A stretch of 47,517 bases of DNA. Origin: Crocinitomicaceae bacterium (GTDB taxonomy: Bacteria; Bacteroidota; Bacteroidia; Flavobacteriales_D; Crocinitomicaceae). Both the position numbers and the translations under genes were made by a program. Each line of letters begins with the position of its first letter. Position 1 is the stretch's first letter. Where the stretch lies: the NCBI GenBank assembly GCA_044353285.1, contig JBILCD010000001.1, positions 1-47,517 of the forward strand, in the 5' to 3' direction. The notes beneath the pieces were generated by a model. That model was given only the letters and a program-made list of their open reading frames with translations. It made no database searches and was not told where the DNA came from. This document shows positions 25,763 through 36,608 of the stretch, one piece after another.

Positions 25763-26488
25763 TTGGGAACCCTTAAATCTTTTTTTTCTAAAAAGAAGTC
25801 TCCTAATGAGATTAGACTAATTCGTTTTATTATACAGTCTTTTGGTTATAGACCCAAGAATCTCAATGTGTTTGCTCAAGCGCTTGTCCATAAATCAATG
25901 ATTAGTGCTGAAAACAAGAGTGAGTCTAATGAAAGGCTTGAGTTTTTGGGTGATGCTATTATCGATCTCATTGTTGCAGAATACCTTTATGAATTATATC
26001 CCGGTGATGACGAGGGTTATTTAACTCGTCTTAAATCGAAAATAGTAAATCGAAAGTCGCTTTCTTTGATTGGGAATAAAATGGGGATCCGTGATTATTT
26101 AACCTATAATTCCGATAGAACCGTAAACCTAAACTCGCTAGAAGGAAATGCTTTTGAAGCATTAATGGGAGCTATGTACCTAGACGCTGGGTATAACAGA
26201 ACAAAAAAATCGTTTAGAAACCATGTTATCAGAAAATATGCAAATATCAATCGTTTGATAGAAGAGGAGGTCGATTTTAAGTCCCGACTTCTTATTTGGT
26301 GTCAACGAAAACATTTGCTCCTTGAATTTATCGTAGTTAGTGAAACAAGGATTAATAATGAAACATTTTTTGTCGTAATTGCTGTTATTAATAAAAAGAA
26401 TTATGGACAGGGAAAGGGAACCGCTAAAAAGGTTGCAGAGCAAAAGGCAGCCAAAGAAACGCTCGATTTAATGGGGGAAACATATTAA
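25763..26488 (+). CDS. rnc: ribonuclease III
   Basis: The RNase III signature ERLEFLGDAIIDL is followed by a C-terminal dsRBD (GKGTAKKVAEQKAAKETL). The start is TTG, 3 nt after the fabF stop; no in-frame ATG lies upstream of the conserved N-terminal region. Confidence 0.9.
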   Translation: MGTLKSFFSKKKSPNEIRLIRFIIQSFGYRPKNLNVFAQALVHKSMISAENKSESNERLEFLGDAIIDLIVAEYLYELYPGDDEGYLTRLKSKIVNRKSLSLIGNKMGIRDYLTYNSDRTVNLNSLEGNAFEALMGAMYLDAGYNRTKKSFRNHVIRKYANINRLIEEEVDFKSRLLIWCQRKHLLLEFIVVSETRINNETFFVVIAVINKKNYGQGKGTAKKVAEQKAAKETLDLMGETY

Positions 26489-26516
26489 TGTTTACGCTAT
26501 GTCAAAAAATATTCTT

Positions 26517-26524
26517 TATCTTTG
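26517..26524 (+). promoter_or_regulatory. -7 promoter box TATCTTTG
   Basis: Exact TAnnTTTG match 20 nt upstream of ATG 26545. Confidence 0.4.
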
Positions 26525-26544
26525 GGCTTTAAAAATATCATGAT

Positions 26545-26775
26545 ATGAGTTGGACAGATCTTATTTATTCTATTGGAGATGGCTTTAAATGGAGCTTTGG
26601 TTTTTTTGAGTTTGTGCAAAACCATTTCAACGACTTATTATTATTGTTAGGTTTCGTTGGATTCGGATATTGGATGAATGTACAACGAAAGTTTAATGCA
26701 AAGTCTAACGTTCCTGTTGAATCCAGTGAAAATACGGGTTGGTATAAGGACGGCGAAGGAAAGCAGATTAAATAA
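26545..26775 (+). CDS. small membrane protein (one hydrophobic helix), function unknown
   Basis: 76-aa ORF with its own -7 box. The central LLLLLGFVGFGYWM helix and overall pattern resemble a small protein conserved in Flavobacteriia. No function can be inferred. Confidence 0.45.
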   Translation: MSWTDLIYSIGDGFKWSFGFFEFVQNHFNDLLLLLGFVGFGYWMNVQRKFNAKSNVPVESSENTGWYKDGEGKQIK

Positions 26776-26802
26776 TTCCTTCTTATCGTTGATCTATTCT
26801 CT

Positions 26803-27546
26803 TTAAATTAAGGAGGATTTTAAATATTCTCTGTTCATTCTTGCTATATTTTCTAAGGAAATTCCTTTTGGACATTCCACTTCACAAGCGCCTGTATTCG
26901 TGCAGTTTCCGAATCCTTCTGCATCCATTTGATTGACCATATTTAAAACGCGTTCCTTTGCCTCTACTTTTCCCTGCGGAAGCAAAGAAAATTGCGAAAC
27001 TTTGGCTGAAACAAACAACATCGCTGAAGAATTCTTACAAGTAGCCACACAAGCACCACATCCAATACAAGTAGCAGCATCAAACGCTTTATCAGCATCG
27101 TGCTTTGGTATCGGTATTGTGTTGGCGTCAATTGTGTTCCCAGAGGTGTTTACGGAAATAAATCCGCCGGATTGTTGAATTCTATCAAAAGAACTTCGGT
27201 CAACAACAAGGTCTTTAATTACTGGAAATGCCTTTGCTCTAAATGGTTCAATGTAAATGGTGTCGCCATCTTTAAACTTGCGCATATGCAACTGGCAAGT
27301 AGTCACCAGCCTGTCTGGGCCATGTGCTTCTCCATTGATAAACAAGGAACACATCCCACAAATTCCCTCACGACAATCATGATCAAAAGCAACGGTGTCC
27401 TCTCCTTTCACAATTAATTCATCGTTAAGGATATCCAACATCTCAAGAAAAGACATGTCAGGTTCAATGTTGTCAACAGTATAATCCACCATTTTTCCTG
27501 GTGAGCTAGCGTTATTTTGGCGCCAAATTTTTAATGCTAATTTCAT
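26803..27546 (-). CDS. sdhB: succinate dehydrogenase/fumarate reductase iron-sulfur subunit
   Basis: Cys clusters [20 protein letters not shown] and [12 protein letters not shown] are present. Confidence 0.93.
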   Translation of the reverse strand: MKLALKIWRQNNASSPGKMVDYTVDNIEPDMSFLEMLDILNDELIVKGEDTVAFDHDCREGICGMCSLFINGEAHGPDRLVTTCQLHMRKFKDGDTIYIEPFRAKAFPVIKDLVVDRSSFDRIQQSGGFISVNTSGNTIDANTIPIPKHDADKAFDAATCIGCGACVATCKNSSAMLFVSAKVSQFSLLPQGKVEAKERVLNMVNQMDAEGFGNCTNTGACEVECPKGISLENIARMNREYLKSSLI

Positions 27547-27573
27547 GGTTCTTTTGCTGGTTAAGCGTCACTA

Positions 27574-29574
27574 TTATTTATAACTTCTTTGAACTAATTC
27601 TACATTATCGTATACCAATTCTTCCTTGTGAAGAATGGCATCACTAGGATTTCCTTTATACTCCCAAGCGGCAACATAAGCAAAGTTTTTATCATCTCGT
27701 TGAGCTTCTCCATCTGCGGTTTGGAATTCTTCTCGGAAATGACCTCCACAAGATTCATTGCGATGTAGGGCATCTTTTGCAAATAATTCTCCTAATTCTA
27801 AAAAATCAGCCACGCGCAGTGCTTTTGCTAACTCAGGATTGAAGCTGTCTGCTGTGCCAGGAATTTTTACATCTTTATAAAACTCTTCTCTAATTTGGGC
27901 GATTTCTTGCTGCGCCTCTTTAAGTCCTTGTTCATTTCGAGACATCCCGGCTTTATTCCACATTATTTTCCCTAATTTTTTGTGAAAATAATCCGCTGGC
28001 TTTGTGCCTCCGTTGTTCATCAAACGACTAATCTGATCCACTACGTTTTGCTCCGCAGCATCAAACTCAGGGGTATCAGTTGAGATTTTGCCTTTTTTAA
28101 TGTCGGGAGCCAAATAATCTCCTATGGTATAAGGTAATACAAAGTAGCCATCAGCCAAACCTTGCATCAACGCTGAGGCACCGAGACGGTTTGCACCATG
28201 ATCAGAAAAATTTGATTCTCCAATTGAAAAACACCCAGGAATAGTTGTTTGAAGATTATAATCAACCCATGTTCCCCCCATCGTATAATGGACAGCAGGA
28301 TAGATCATCATCGGTGTCGAATATGGATTTTCATCCACTATTTTTTCATACATCTGAAAAAGGTTACCGTATTTATTAGCAACAATTTCAGTTCCCAATT
28401 TAATAACCAAGGTTTTATCGTTTTCATCTAAATGCTTCAAGCGGGCTTGGTCTATTCCGTAGCGCTCGATGGCGGCAGCAAAATCCAAATAAACGGCTTC
28501 TCCTGTTTTATTCACCCCAAAACCAGCGTCACATCGCTCTTTTGCAGCGCGAGAGGCAATGTCTCGAGGAACTAAATTACCAAATGCTGGGTAACGTCTC
28601 TCTAAATAATAATCGCGGTCCTCTTCGGCTAATTGAGTGGGTTTTAATTTTCCTTCCCGAATCAGTTTTGCATCTTCCAATTTTGCTGGTACCCAAATAC
28701 GCCCATCATTACGCAAAGATTCTGACATCAGGGTAAGTTTTGCCTGGTGGTCACCCGACACAGGAATGCAAGTAGGGTGAATTTGTGTATAACAAGGGTT
28801 TGCAAAAAATGCGCCTCGCTTATGTATTTTCCATGCTGCTGTTACATTACTGCCCATTGCATTCGTTGAAAGAAAAAAGACATTTCCATAGCCACCTGAA
28901 GCTATTACAACAGCATGAGCTGAATGACGCTCAATTTTTCCGCTTATTAGGTCTCTTGCAATAATCCCCCTCGCTTTTCCATCAACAATTACAAGGTCTA
29001 ACATTTCATGTCTGTTGTGCATTTTTATCTTGCCGCGACCTATTTGCCTGTTCATGGCAGAATAAGCACCCAATAATAATTGTTGTCCTGTTTGACCTTT
29101 AGCATAAAAGGTTCGGGATACTAGCGTGCCCCCGAATGAGCGATTATCTAATAATCCGCCGTATTCTCTAGCAAATGGAACTCCCTGTGCGACGCATTGG
29201 TCAATTATATTCGTTGAAACCTCTGCTAAACGATGCACATTTGCTTCTCTAGCGCGATAATCCCCTCCTTTAACGGTGTCATAAAATAAGCGAAAAGTAG
29301 AATCTCCATCTCCCTGATAATTTTTTGCCGCGTTAATTCCTCCCTGTGCAGCGATAGAATGCGCTCTTCTAGGTGAATCTTGAAAACAAAAAGCTTTAAC
29401 ATTATAGCCTAACTCCGCAAGTGTTGCGGCGGCAGAACCTCCGGCCAAGCCTGTTCCAACAATTATAACATCAAGATTTCGCTTATTTGCAGGATTTACC
29501 AAGTTAATGTGGTCCTTGTAGTGGGTCCACTTATCCGAAATCGGCCCCTTGGGTATTTTTGAATCTAAAGCCAT
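27574..29574 (-). CDS. sdhA: succinate dehydrogenase/fumarate reductase flavoprotein subunit
   Basis: The FAD-binding motif is [13 protein letters not shown], and [13 protein letters not shown] carries the covalent-FAD His. The 666 aa length fits the Bacillus/Bacteroides type. Confidence 0.95.
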   Translation of the reverse strand: MALDSKIPKGPISDKWTHYKDHINLVNPANKRNLDVIIVGTGLAGGSAAATLAELGYNVKAFCFQDSPRRAHSIAAQGGINAAKNYQGDGDSTFRLFYDTVKGGDYRAREANVHRLAEVSTNIIDQCVAQGVPFAREYGGLLDNRSFGGTLVSRTFYAKGQTGQQLLLGAYSAMNRQIGRGKIKMHNRHEMLDLVIVDGKARGIIARDLISGKIERHSAHAVVIASGGYGNVFFLSTNAMGSNVTAAWKIHKRGAFFANPCYTQIHPTCIPVSGDHQAKLTLMSESLRNDGRIWVPAKLEDAKLIREGKLKPTQLAEEDRDYYLERRYPAFGNLVPRDIASRAAKERCDAGFGVNKTGEAVYLDFAAAIERYGIDQARLKHLDENDKTLVIKLGTEIVANKYGNLFQMYEKIVDENPYSTPMMIYPAVHYTMGGTWVDYNLQTTIPGCFSIGESNFSDHGANRLGASALMQGLADGYFVLPYTIGDYLAPDIKKGKISTDTPEFDAAEQNVVDQISRLMNNGGTKPADYFHKKLGKIMWNKAGMSRNEQGLKEAQQEIAQIREEFYKDVKIPGTADSFNPELAKALRVADFLELGELFAKDALHRNESCGGHFREEFQTADGEAQRDDKNFAYVAAWEYKGNPSDAILHKEELVYDNVELVQRSYK

Positions 29575-29580
29575 TATTAA

Positions 29581-30246
29581 TTAATGATTAAAGTGATGAA
29601 AAAGTGCAATAAAAATAAATCCAAAAGGAACAATCACTGCAAAAGCATATCCAACTTTATGCAGTGTTTTAGAATACTTATTGTTCATTCCTACAGACTG
29701 AAAAGAGGAGTTGAATCCGTGCCATAAATGCAGGAACAAAAAGAAAAATGAAAAACAATAAATTGATGTTCTGATCGGGCTGTTAAATTTCGCTACCAAC
29801 TCATGAAAATATCGTTCGGAAGCAATCGGCTTTACCTCAACGTACTTATATACCATTTCAGGAATCCAAAAATCATAAAAGTGCAGCCCTAAAAATGACA
29901 AGACAACAATCCCGGAAATAATCATGTTTCTTGAAGACCAAGAAGCATTTGCGGCACCATTATATTTTGCATAACCAATTGGACGAGAAGCCCTGTTCTT
30001 GAAATCCAACACAAACCCCATGATGAAATGAAATAAAACCCCCAAAATTAAAACCGGCTGCATGGCAAACTGAATGAGTGGATTGTTACCCATGAAGTGA
30101 GCTAATGTATTAAACAAATCTTCGTTAAATACAGAGGTCAGATTGATGAAAAAATGGATCGACAAGAAAGTGACTAGAAACAGTCCAGAAAGTGCCATGG
30201 CAATCTTTTTGGCAATCGAAGACTTCAAAATGGGAGAATTAGACAT
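29581..30246 (-). CDS. sdhC: succinate dehydrogenase cytochrome b subunit (b558 family)
   Basis: 221 aa with five hydrophobic helices carrying conserved His residues. It is the first gene of the sdhCAB-type operon. Confidence 0.8.
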   Translation of the reverse strand: MSNSPILKSSIAKKIAMALSGLFLVTFLSIHFFINLTSVFNEDLFNTLAHFMGNNPLIQFAMQPVLILGVLFHFIMGFVLDFKNRASRPIGYAKYNGAANASWSSRNMIISGIVVLSFLGLHFYDFWIPEMVYKYVEVKPIASERYFHELVAKFNSPIRTSIYCFSFFFLFLHLWHGFNSSFQSVGMNNKYSKTLHKVGYAFAVIVPFGFIFIALFHHFNH

Positions 30247-30270
30247 AATTTTAAACTAAAATAATCGATG

Positions 30271-30278
30271 CAAATTTA
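30271..30278 (-). promoter_or_regulatory. -7 promoter box TAAATTTG (minus strand) for sdhCAB
   Basis: Plus-strand CAAATTTA lies 24 nt upstream of the sdhC ATG (30246). Confidence 0.45.
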
Positions 30279-30315
30279 GTAAAATCAACAATTAGAACGC
30301 GTTTTTTGTTCTTAT

Positions 30316-31221
30316 TTATAATTGGTGTAAATAGGCAACTGTCGTTTCGTTGTCGTTTACACAGATTTGTGTGCGTTTTCCGAAAACCAATGCCCTATTA
30401 TCGTCAATGTGGCCAGATGGAAAATTAAATACAACAGGCATATTTGAAAACTGAAGTTGCTCAAGTATAATCTCTTCAATAGAACGGCCTAGTGGTGGTT
30501 CGGTGTCTTCAAGCTCGGTCATTCCTCCTATAATTAACCCTCTTATTTTTTCAAATACTCCCGCCTTACTTAAGGCAAAAATCATCCGTTCTACTTGATA
30601 ATAATGTTCTCCCACGTCCTCTAAAAAAAGAATTGAGTTTTCAAAATCATACTGATCATTGGTCCCCAACATACTGTATACAATACTAAGGTTGCCACCA
30701 ATTAAATTGCCTGTTGCTGTACCCATTCTATTAGACTTGTTTGGAGGCAGTACATATGGAGTGGATTTATCCGTCATGCTTTCTAAGAGTGTAAGAAGCG
30801 CCTCGTCGGTATTTTTTTGAAAGCTAATTGGCATTGTAGCATGTATGCTTTGAATCCCTAATTTTTGCAAGCGGTGGTGAAAAACGGTTATGTCGCTGAA
30901 CCCAATCACCCATTTAGGCTCGAGTAATACATTCGCCCAATTAATTCGATCTAAAATACGTATGCTTCCATAGCCCCCTCTTGCGCAAAGAATTGCCCTT
31001 ACATCTGGATGATCTATCCCAAATTGTATATCAGCAAGGCGCTCTTCTTCTGTTCCGGAAAAATAATGATGATTTCCAAAACAATGAGCGCTTACCAATA
31101 CTTTAAATCCATTTTTTTCTAAATATTCTTTGGCAAAAAGAACGGTTTTAGCGTCTGTTATTTTAGCAGGTGCGGTTATATAAATTAGGTCGCCAGAGAT
31201 TAAAGGGGTTGGTTGAATCAT
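30316..31221 (-). CDS. LD-carboxypeptidase (peptidase S66, LdcA-like)
   Basis: The nucleophile motif GFSDIT lies in VIGFSDITVFHH, and a C-terminal PSGH-type His is present. Length is 301 aa. The ATG overlaps the ispD stop in ATGA. Confidence 0.8.
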   Translation of the reverse strand: MIQPTPLISGDLIYITAPAKITDAKTVLFAKEYLEKNGFKVLVSAHCFGNHHYFSGTEEERLADIQFGIDHPDVRAILCARGGYGSIRILDRINWANVLLEPKWVIGFSDITVFHHRLQKLGIQSIHATMPISFQKNTDEALLTLLESMTDKSTPYVLPPNKSNRMGTATGNLIGGNLSIVYSMLGTNDQYDFENSILFLEDVGEHYYQVERMIFALSKAGVFEKIRGLIIGGMTELEDTEPPLGRSIEEIILEQLQFSNMPVVFNFPSGHIDDNRALVFGKRTQICVNDNETTVAYLHQL

Positions 31222-31886
31222 TTTTTAAGAAAAAAAGATTGAGCGATTGATAGATCGAAAGGTGTCGTTATTTTTATATTTTCCTCGTTGCTTTCAACAA
31301 AATAAATAGATTCCCCTGTTTGCTCTACCAAAGTGGCGTCATCTGTAATAGAGGGTGTGAAATCTTGTTCATAGGCTAGGCGCAATGTTTTTTCATGAAA
31401 ACATTGGGGCGTGTGTACAAGGCGAAAAGAGGCTCTGTTTGCTGCCTGATTTGTTCCTTTGGAAATTTTCCGGATAGTATCCTTAATCATTAAAACTGGA
31501 ACAACAGCCCTCGCATCATTTAACGAAAGAAAACATCGTGCAATGGTTTCATTTGATACAAATGGCCTTACTCCGTCGTGGACAGCGATATGTTTTCCAT
31601 TGGCATAACGCAAAGCGTTTTGGATAGAATGAAAACGCTCTTCTCCACCCACTATAATTTGATGAGGAAGATCAAACCCAAGTTTTTTTATACTAGACTT
31701 CCAGTATACTACCCACTCTGCTGGCAAAGTTACGAGTATTTGTATCGACGGGTCGAAAGAATGAAAAACGCTTATCGTGTGGGCTAGTATTGGTAAATCT
31801 CCAAGCAAAATAAACTGCTTCGGAATATCTTTTCCCATTCGCTTTCCAATGCCTCCAGCGGTAATAATAACCGTACGATTTACCAT
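31218..31886 (-). CDS. ispD: 2-C-methyl-D-erythritol 4-phosphate cytidylyltransferase
   Basis: IITAGGIGKRMG...PKQF is the IspD signature. The ORF-track start 31892 is TTG; I prefer ATG 31886 (MVNRTVIITAGG). Confidence 0.9.
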   Translation of the reverse strand: MVNRTVIITAGGIGKRMGKDIPKQFILLGDLPILAHTISVFHSFDPSIQILVTLPAEWVVYWKSSIKKLGFDLPHQIIVGGEERFHSIQNALRYANGKHIAVHDGVRPFVSNETIARCFLSLNDARAVVPVLMIKDTIRKISKGTNQAANRASFRLVHTPQCFHEKTLRLAYEQDFTPSITDDATLVEQTGESIYFVESNEENIKITTPFDLSIAQSFFLKK

Positions 31887-31889
31887 GCT

Positions 31890-31897
31890 CAAAAATA
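31890..31897 (-). promoter_or_regulatory. -7 promoter box TATTTTTG (minus strand), 3 nt upstream of the ispD ATG (leaderless candidate)
   Basis: Plus-strand CAAAAATA is the reverse complement of TAnnTTTG. Confidence 0.35.
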
Positions 31898-31944
31898 AGT
31901 ATAAGTCTTGTATCTACAAACTTTCCATTATACTCTTGTTTTTT

Positions 31945-31952
31945 TACCTTTG
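31945..31952 (+). promoter_or_regulatory. -7 promoter box TACCTTTG for cysS
   Basis: Exact TAnnTTTG match 15 nt upstream of ATG 31968. It lies inside the ORF-track N-terminal extension, which supports the shorter start. Confidence 0.45.
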
Positions 31953-31967
31953 TATAAAAAAAACACA

Positions 31968-33437
31968 ATGTCAACGAGGAAAGGAGCTCTTACTATTTAT
32001 AATACATTAAGTGGAAAGAAGGAATTGTTTTGCCCTATTCATGAGGGACAAGTTGGAATGTATGTTTGTGGGCCGACAGTCTATAATAATGTTCACCTTG
32101 GGAACTGCAGAACATTTATTTCATTTGACTTAGCGTATCGCTATTTGCTTCATTTGGGATATAAAGTCCGTTATGTTAGGAATATTACTGATGTGGGTCA
32201 TTTAGAAAATGACGCTGACGAAGGAGAGGATAAGATCTCCAAAAAAGCACGGGCAGAAAAGGTGGAGCCTATGGAAATCGTGCAGAAATACACACTTGAT
32301 TTTCACGACGTAATGACGGCTTTTAATGCTTTGCCGCCTAACATAGAGCCTACAGCAACTGGACATATTATTGAGCAAATTGAATTAATCAATACCATTA
32401 TAAAAAATGGCTTTGCCTATGAATCAAATGGGTCGGTCTACTTTGATGTAGAAAAATATAATGCCAATCAGCCTTATGGAGAATTGTCTGGCCGTAAAAT
32501 TGAAGATTTAATCGCTAACTCAAGGGTCCTTGACGGGCAAACCGAAAAGCGAGCGCCGCTAGATTTTGCACTTTGGAAAAATGCATCAGATGAACACATA
32601 ATGAAATGGCCTTCGCCATGGGGGCTGGGATTTCCTGGGTGGCACCTAGAATGCTCGGCCATGAGCGCTAAATACCTCGGCGAAGTGTTTGATATACACG
32701 GCGGCGGAATGGATCTAAAATTTCCACATCACGAATGTGAAATCGCACAAGGCTGCGCAGCCACTGGGAAAAAACCAGTCCTATATTGGATGCATGCAAA
32801 CATGCTTACCCTTAACGGAAAGAAAATGAGCAAGTCCGCTGGAAACTCCCTATTGCCAGCAGACCTTTTTTCTGGTGAAAACATGTTGCTCAGCAAAGGG
32901 TTTCATCCGATGGTTGTCCGTTTTTTTATGATGCAGGCTCATTATCGAAACACACTAGATTTTACCAGCGAAGCACTAAATGCAGCAGAAAAAGGGTTTG
33001 AAAAACTCATGTTGGCAATAGAAAATCTCATGGTACTTGTTCCGTCAAGTAATTCAAGCATTAATACAAAAGTACTTATTGATGGCTTTTATGCCGCAAT
33101 GGATGATGACTTCAATGCTCCGGCATTAGTCGCTTGTTTGTTTGATGCGGTGAAACAAATTAATGCTATTGTAGAGGGAAGAGCGACCATAAATAAGGAA
33201 GATTTGTCGATTTTACAAAAAGAAATCTCCGTGTTTGTTTTTGAGGTATTAGGCTTGCAGCGCCCCGTTGAAAAAAGTGATGATCAACGATTATCTAATG
33301 TAATGGCCTTGGTTTTAGAATTACGAGGGAGTGCAAGGGAAAATAAAGATTGGATAACCTCTGACAAAATCCGTGATGGCCTTAGTAATGCCGGCATAGT
33401 CGTTAGCGACGGAAAAGATGGTGCTAGTTGGAAATAA
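31968..33437 (+). CDS. cysS: cysteine--tRNA ligase
   Basis: The class I aaRS motifs HLGN ([15 protein letters not shown]) and KMSKS are present. I revised the start to ATG 31968 ([19 protein letters not shown]). Confidence 0.95.
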   Translation: MSTRKGALTIYNTLSGKKELFCPIHEGQVGMYVCGPTVYNNVHLGNCRTFISFDLAYRYLLHLGYKVRYVRNITDVGHLENDADEGEDKISKKARAEKVEPMEIVQKYTLDFHDVMTAFNALPPNIEPTATGHIIEQIELINTIIKNGFAYESNGSVYFDVEKYNANQPYGELSGRKIEDLIANSRVLDGQTEKRAPLDFALWKNASDEHIMKWPSPWGLGFPGWHLECSAMSAKYLGEVFDIHGGGMDLKFPHHECEIAQGCAATGKKPVLYWMHANMLTLNGKKMSKSAGNSLLPADLFSGENMLLSKGFHPMVVRFFMMQAHYRNTLDFTSEALNAAEKGFEKLMLAIENLMVLVPSSNSSINTKVLIDGFYAAMDDDFNAPALVACLFDAVKQINAIVEGRATINKEDLSILQKEISVFVFEVLGLQRPVEKSDDQRLSNVMALVLELRGSARENKDWITSDKIRDGLSNAGIVVSDGKDGASWK

Positions 33438-33456
33438 CATATAAGTTTTTAAGAAA

Positions 33457-33969
33457 ATGGCTTTAATCAAATCGTGTCAAGGTATATCTCCCTTAATTGC
33501 TGAGGATTGCTATTTAGCCGAAAATGCAACAATTATTGGTGATGTGGTCCTAGGGTCCTTATGTTCTGTTTGGTTTAATGCCGTGATTCGTGGTGATGTA
33601 AACGCCATTCGTATTGGAAACAAGGTCAATGTTCAAGATGGAGCTGTACTACATTGCACCTATCAAAAAACAACACTAACCATTGGTAATAATGTTTCTA
33701 TTGGGCACAATGCACTTGTACATGGCTGTACAATCGAAGATAATGTGCTTGTTGGAATGGGCGCTATCGTAATGGATAATTGTTATGTTGAGTCAAACTG
33801 CATCATCGCTGCAGGAGCGGTTTTATTGGAGGGAACAAGAGTAGAATCTTGGAGCGTCTTTGCTGGCGTGCCGGCAAAAAAAGTTAAACAACTCTCTCCT
33901 GAACTCTTTAAAGAAGAAGTCATGCGCATTGCTGATAATTATGTGTTTTATGCTAGCTGGTTTAAATAA
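33457..33969 (+). CDS. gamma-carbonic-anhydrase-family / hexapeptide-repeat protein (YrdA/PaaY-like)
   Basis: Left-handed beta-helix hexapeptide repeats are present, with His ligands at the gamma-CA positions (VLHC, IGHNALVHG). Length is 170 aa. Confidence 0.85.
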   Translation: MALIKSCQGISPLIAEDCYLAENATIIGDVVLGSLCSVWFNAVIRGDVNAIRIGNKVNVQDGAVLHCTYQKTTLTIGNNVSIGHNALVHGCTIEDNVLVGMGAIVMDNCYVESNCIIAAGAVLLEGTRVESWSVFAGVPAKKVKQLSPELFKEEVMRIADNYVFYASWFK

Positions 33970-34016
33970 TTGAGGCTTTGCTTTTTTTTTAGTTCTTTTG
34001 TATAAAATATAGCCTT

Positions 34017-34457
34017 ATGAAAACTGTTTTTTTAATCGCTCTTGTTGCTCTTGGTTTATTCTCTTGTAAGAAATATTCTGATGGCGGGATAAAAAAATTA
34101 GCCCTTAGCAACCTAAGGGGAACGTGGAAATTAGAGCGCTACACTCGAAATGATGTTGACTATACGGGAGATTTGTTGATTAATAGTTATAAGGAAACCT
34201 TTAACGAAGAAGGCACCTATTCCAGGCAGCTTATTGATACTTTTAACGCCGTAGTAAATACCTCTGGTGGCTGGGACTTTGAAGGTGATCGGTCTTTGTT
34301 AAGAATTAGTGGTGCTGGTTTTTATAACCTAACTCCAGGAGTGTCAACAGCCACAGCCCAATCAGGCTACACAATAAATCGATTAACTAAATCAGATTTG
34401 TGGTACAGCTACGAAGATGCTTGGGGGAAACATGATTTTAAACTAATTAAACTATAA
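34017..34457 (+). CDS. small lipoprotein, lipocalin-like (function unknown)
   Basis: Signal peptide plus lipobox (LGLFSCKK). A GTWKLERY motif typical of Bacteroidota lipocalin-like lipoproteins is also present. Confidence 0.5.
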   Translation: MKTVFLIALVALGLFSCKKYSDGGIKKLALSNLRGTWKLERYTRNDVDYTGDLLINSYKETFNEEGTYSRQLIDTFNAVVNTSGGWDFEGDRSLLRISGAGFYNLTPGVSTATAQSGYTINRLTKSDLWYSYEDAWGKHDFKLIKL

Positions 34458-34470
34458 CCCTGAGTCGCGG

Positions 34471-35766
34471 ATGAAATATTTACCCATTAATGCTTCGCTG
34501 TTTATTACAAACCGCGAATCTTTTGTCAAGCAAATGGTAGAAGGAGCACTTGCGGTGTTTAACTCCAACGATATTTTCCCTATTAGTGCGGATAGTACGA
34601 TGCCTTTTCAGCAACACCGTGATATTTTTCACTTAAGTGGAGTTGATCAAGAAGAGTCTATTTTAGTGCTTTTTCCAAGTGCAAGCAATCCTGCGCATCG
34701 GGAAATATTATTCTTAAAAGAAACGAGTGAGCTGATCGCTATTTGGGAAGGTGAAAAATTAACAAAATCAACAGCGTTCGAGGCGTCTGGCATTAAAACC
34801 GTTTATTGGCTGCAACAATTTCCTGTAATTTTTAAACAAGTTATGGCCGAATGTTCTGCCATTTACGTGAATACAAATGAACACCTTAGGGCATCGACAG
34901 TAGTTGAAACTAGAGAAGATCGATTCATAAAAACGGTAAAGAATGATTATCCTGCCCATCGTATTTTAAAATCGGCGCCCATCATGCACCGTATTCGCTC
35001 AATTAAGCACCCCATTGAAATCGAATTAATGCAAACAGCGTGTAATATTACCGAAGCTGGATTTAGACGATTGCTTGGCTTTGTAAAGCCTGGCGTTTGG
35101 GAATATGAGATTGAAGCAGAGTTGTCCTATGAATTTCTTCGAAATCGTTCTAAGGGATTTGCCTATACGCCAATTATTGCTTCGGGTAAAAATGCCTGTG
35201 TACTGCATTATATTGAAAACAACCAACAATGTAAAGATGGCGATGTTATTTTATTAGATGTAGCTGCAGAATACGCTAATTATTCATCTGACTTAACCAG
35301 GTGTGTTCCTGTAAATGGTCGGTTTACAAAACGTCAAAAAGATGTTTACAACGCTGTTCTTCATGTAAAAAAAGAAGCGGAAAAACTGTTATTGCCTGGA
35401 GTAATTATGGCTGACTATCATAAAACCGTAGGTTTATTGATGGAAGAACAGCTCGTTAAGCTCCAATTAATCTCGCTCGACGATATTAAAAACCAAAAGG
35501 CTGATTGGCCCGCTTACAAAAAGTATTTTATGCACGGCACATCTCATTTTATTGGGCTGGATACACACGATGTTGGCTTATGGCACGAACCCATCAAAGC
35601 TGGGATGGTCTTTACCTGTGAACCCGGTATTTATATTCCGGAAGAAGGCCTAGGGATTAGATTAGAGGATGATTTGCTTGTTCAAAAAACAGGGGCCCCA
35701 TTCAACTTAATGGGAAATATTCCCATAGAAGCGGAAGCCATTGAAGACCTCATGAATCGTGGCTAA
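34471..35766 (+). CDS. pepP: Xaa-Pro aminopeptidase (peptidase M24B)
   Basis: M24 metal-ligand motifs are present: DVILLDVAAEYANYSSDLTR, HGTSHFIGLDTHD, EPGIY, IRLEDD. Confidence 0.88.
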   Translation: MKYLPINASLFITNRESFVKQMVEGALAVFNSNDIFPISADSTMPFQQHRDIFHLSGVDQEESILVLFPSASNPAHREILFLKETSELIAIWEGEKLTKSTAFEASGIKTVYWLQQFPVIFKQVMAECSAIYVNTNEHLRASTVVETREDRFIKTVKNDYPAHRILKSAPIMHRIRSIKHPIEIELMQTACNITEAGFRRLLGFVKPGVWEYEIEAELSYEFLRNRSKGFAYTPIIASGKNACVLHYIENNQQCKDGDVILLDVAAEYANYSSDLTRCVPVNGRFTKRQKDVYNAVLHVKKEAEKLLLPGVIMADYHKTVGLLMEEQLVKLQLISLDDIKNQKADWPAYKKYFMHGTSHFIGLDTHDVGLWHEPIKAGMVFTCEPGIYIPEEGLGIRLEDDLLVQKTGAPFNLMGNIPIEAEAIEDLMNRG

Positions 35767-36535
35767 AGTATTACATTACCGCATCTTTGGTGCTGGTTAT
35801 ACAACGGTTTACTTACATGGGTTTTTAGAATCTTCCACCATGTGGGAACCCTTAGATTTAGTCAATCAACCTGGTAAACACCTGTTAATTGACCTGCCCG
35901 GACACGGAAAATCACCTTTAATTGACGATACTGATATTCCCTCCATTCGCTTTATGGCTGAAGAAGTGGTGCGTGTCTTGAAAGAACTAAACATCAAAGA
36001 ATACCGAGTTGTTGGACATAGTATGGGGGGATATGTGGCCCTTGAGCTATTTAACCTACGCATAAATACCACTTCTATACTGCAGCACGTAACTTTAATG
36101 AACTCAAACTGTTGGGAAGATAATGAAATTAAAAAAGGGGAGCGCTTAAAAATTGTTCGGATTGCCTACAAAGCAAAAGACCTTTTTATTAACGAAGTGA
36201 TTCCTAATCTTTTTGCACGAGCACACGATTTTTATCCTCAAATTGAAGCCCTGAAAAAAGAAGCTAAAGAGATAAGTTCAGACTCCATCGCATACGCTAC
36301 ATTAGCTATTCGTAACCGAAACGATTACACAGCTTTGGTTTTGTCTAATCCGGAGTGTTTTACATTTATTCATGGCGCCTTGGATCGTTTGGTCAGCATG
36401 GATGACATTCAATTGCGCTTAGTCTTACCTAAGGGACCCTCTCCAAAAATTATCATTCTCCCCTCGGCTGGTCATATGGCGCACTGGGAAACAACGAAAG
36501 AACTTTTAGATATTCTTTATCCAGATCCTAAATAA
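35759..36535 (+). CDS. alpha/beta-fold hydrolase
   Basis: The HGFLES oxyanion region, the nucleophile elbow GHSMGG and a C-terminal AGHMAHWE His are present. The GTG start overlaps the pepP stop by 8 nt. Confidence 0.75.
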   Translation: MAKVLHYRIFGAGYTTVYLHGFLESSTMWEPLDLVNQPGKHLLIDLPGHGKSPLIDDTDIPSIRFMAEEVVRVLKELNIKEYRVVGHSMGGYVALELFNLRINTTSILQHVTLMNSNCWEDNEIKKGERLKIVRIAYKAKDLFINEVIPNLFARAHDFYPQIEALKKEAKEISSDSIAYATLAIRNRNDYTALVLSNPECFTFIHGALDRLVSMDDIQLRLVLPKGPSPKIIILPSAGHMAHWETTKELLDILYPDPK

Positions 36536-36608
36536 AATAAGATTACAGTTTTAACCCTGAACTCTTCGCTTCAAATAGAACAGCAAAAATAAGAGGAACA
36601 ACGCTAGT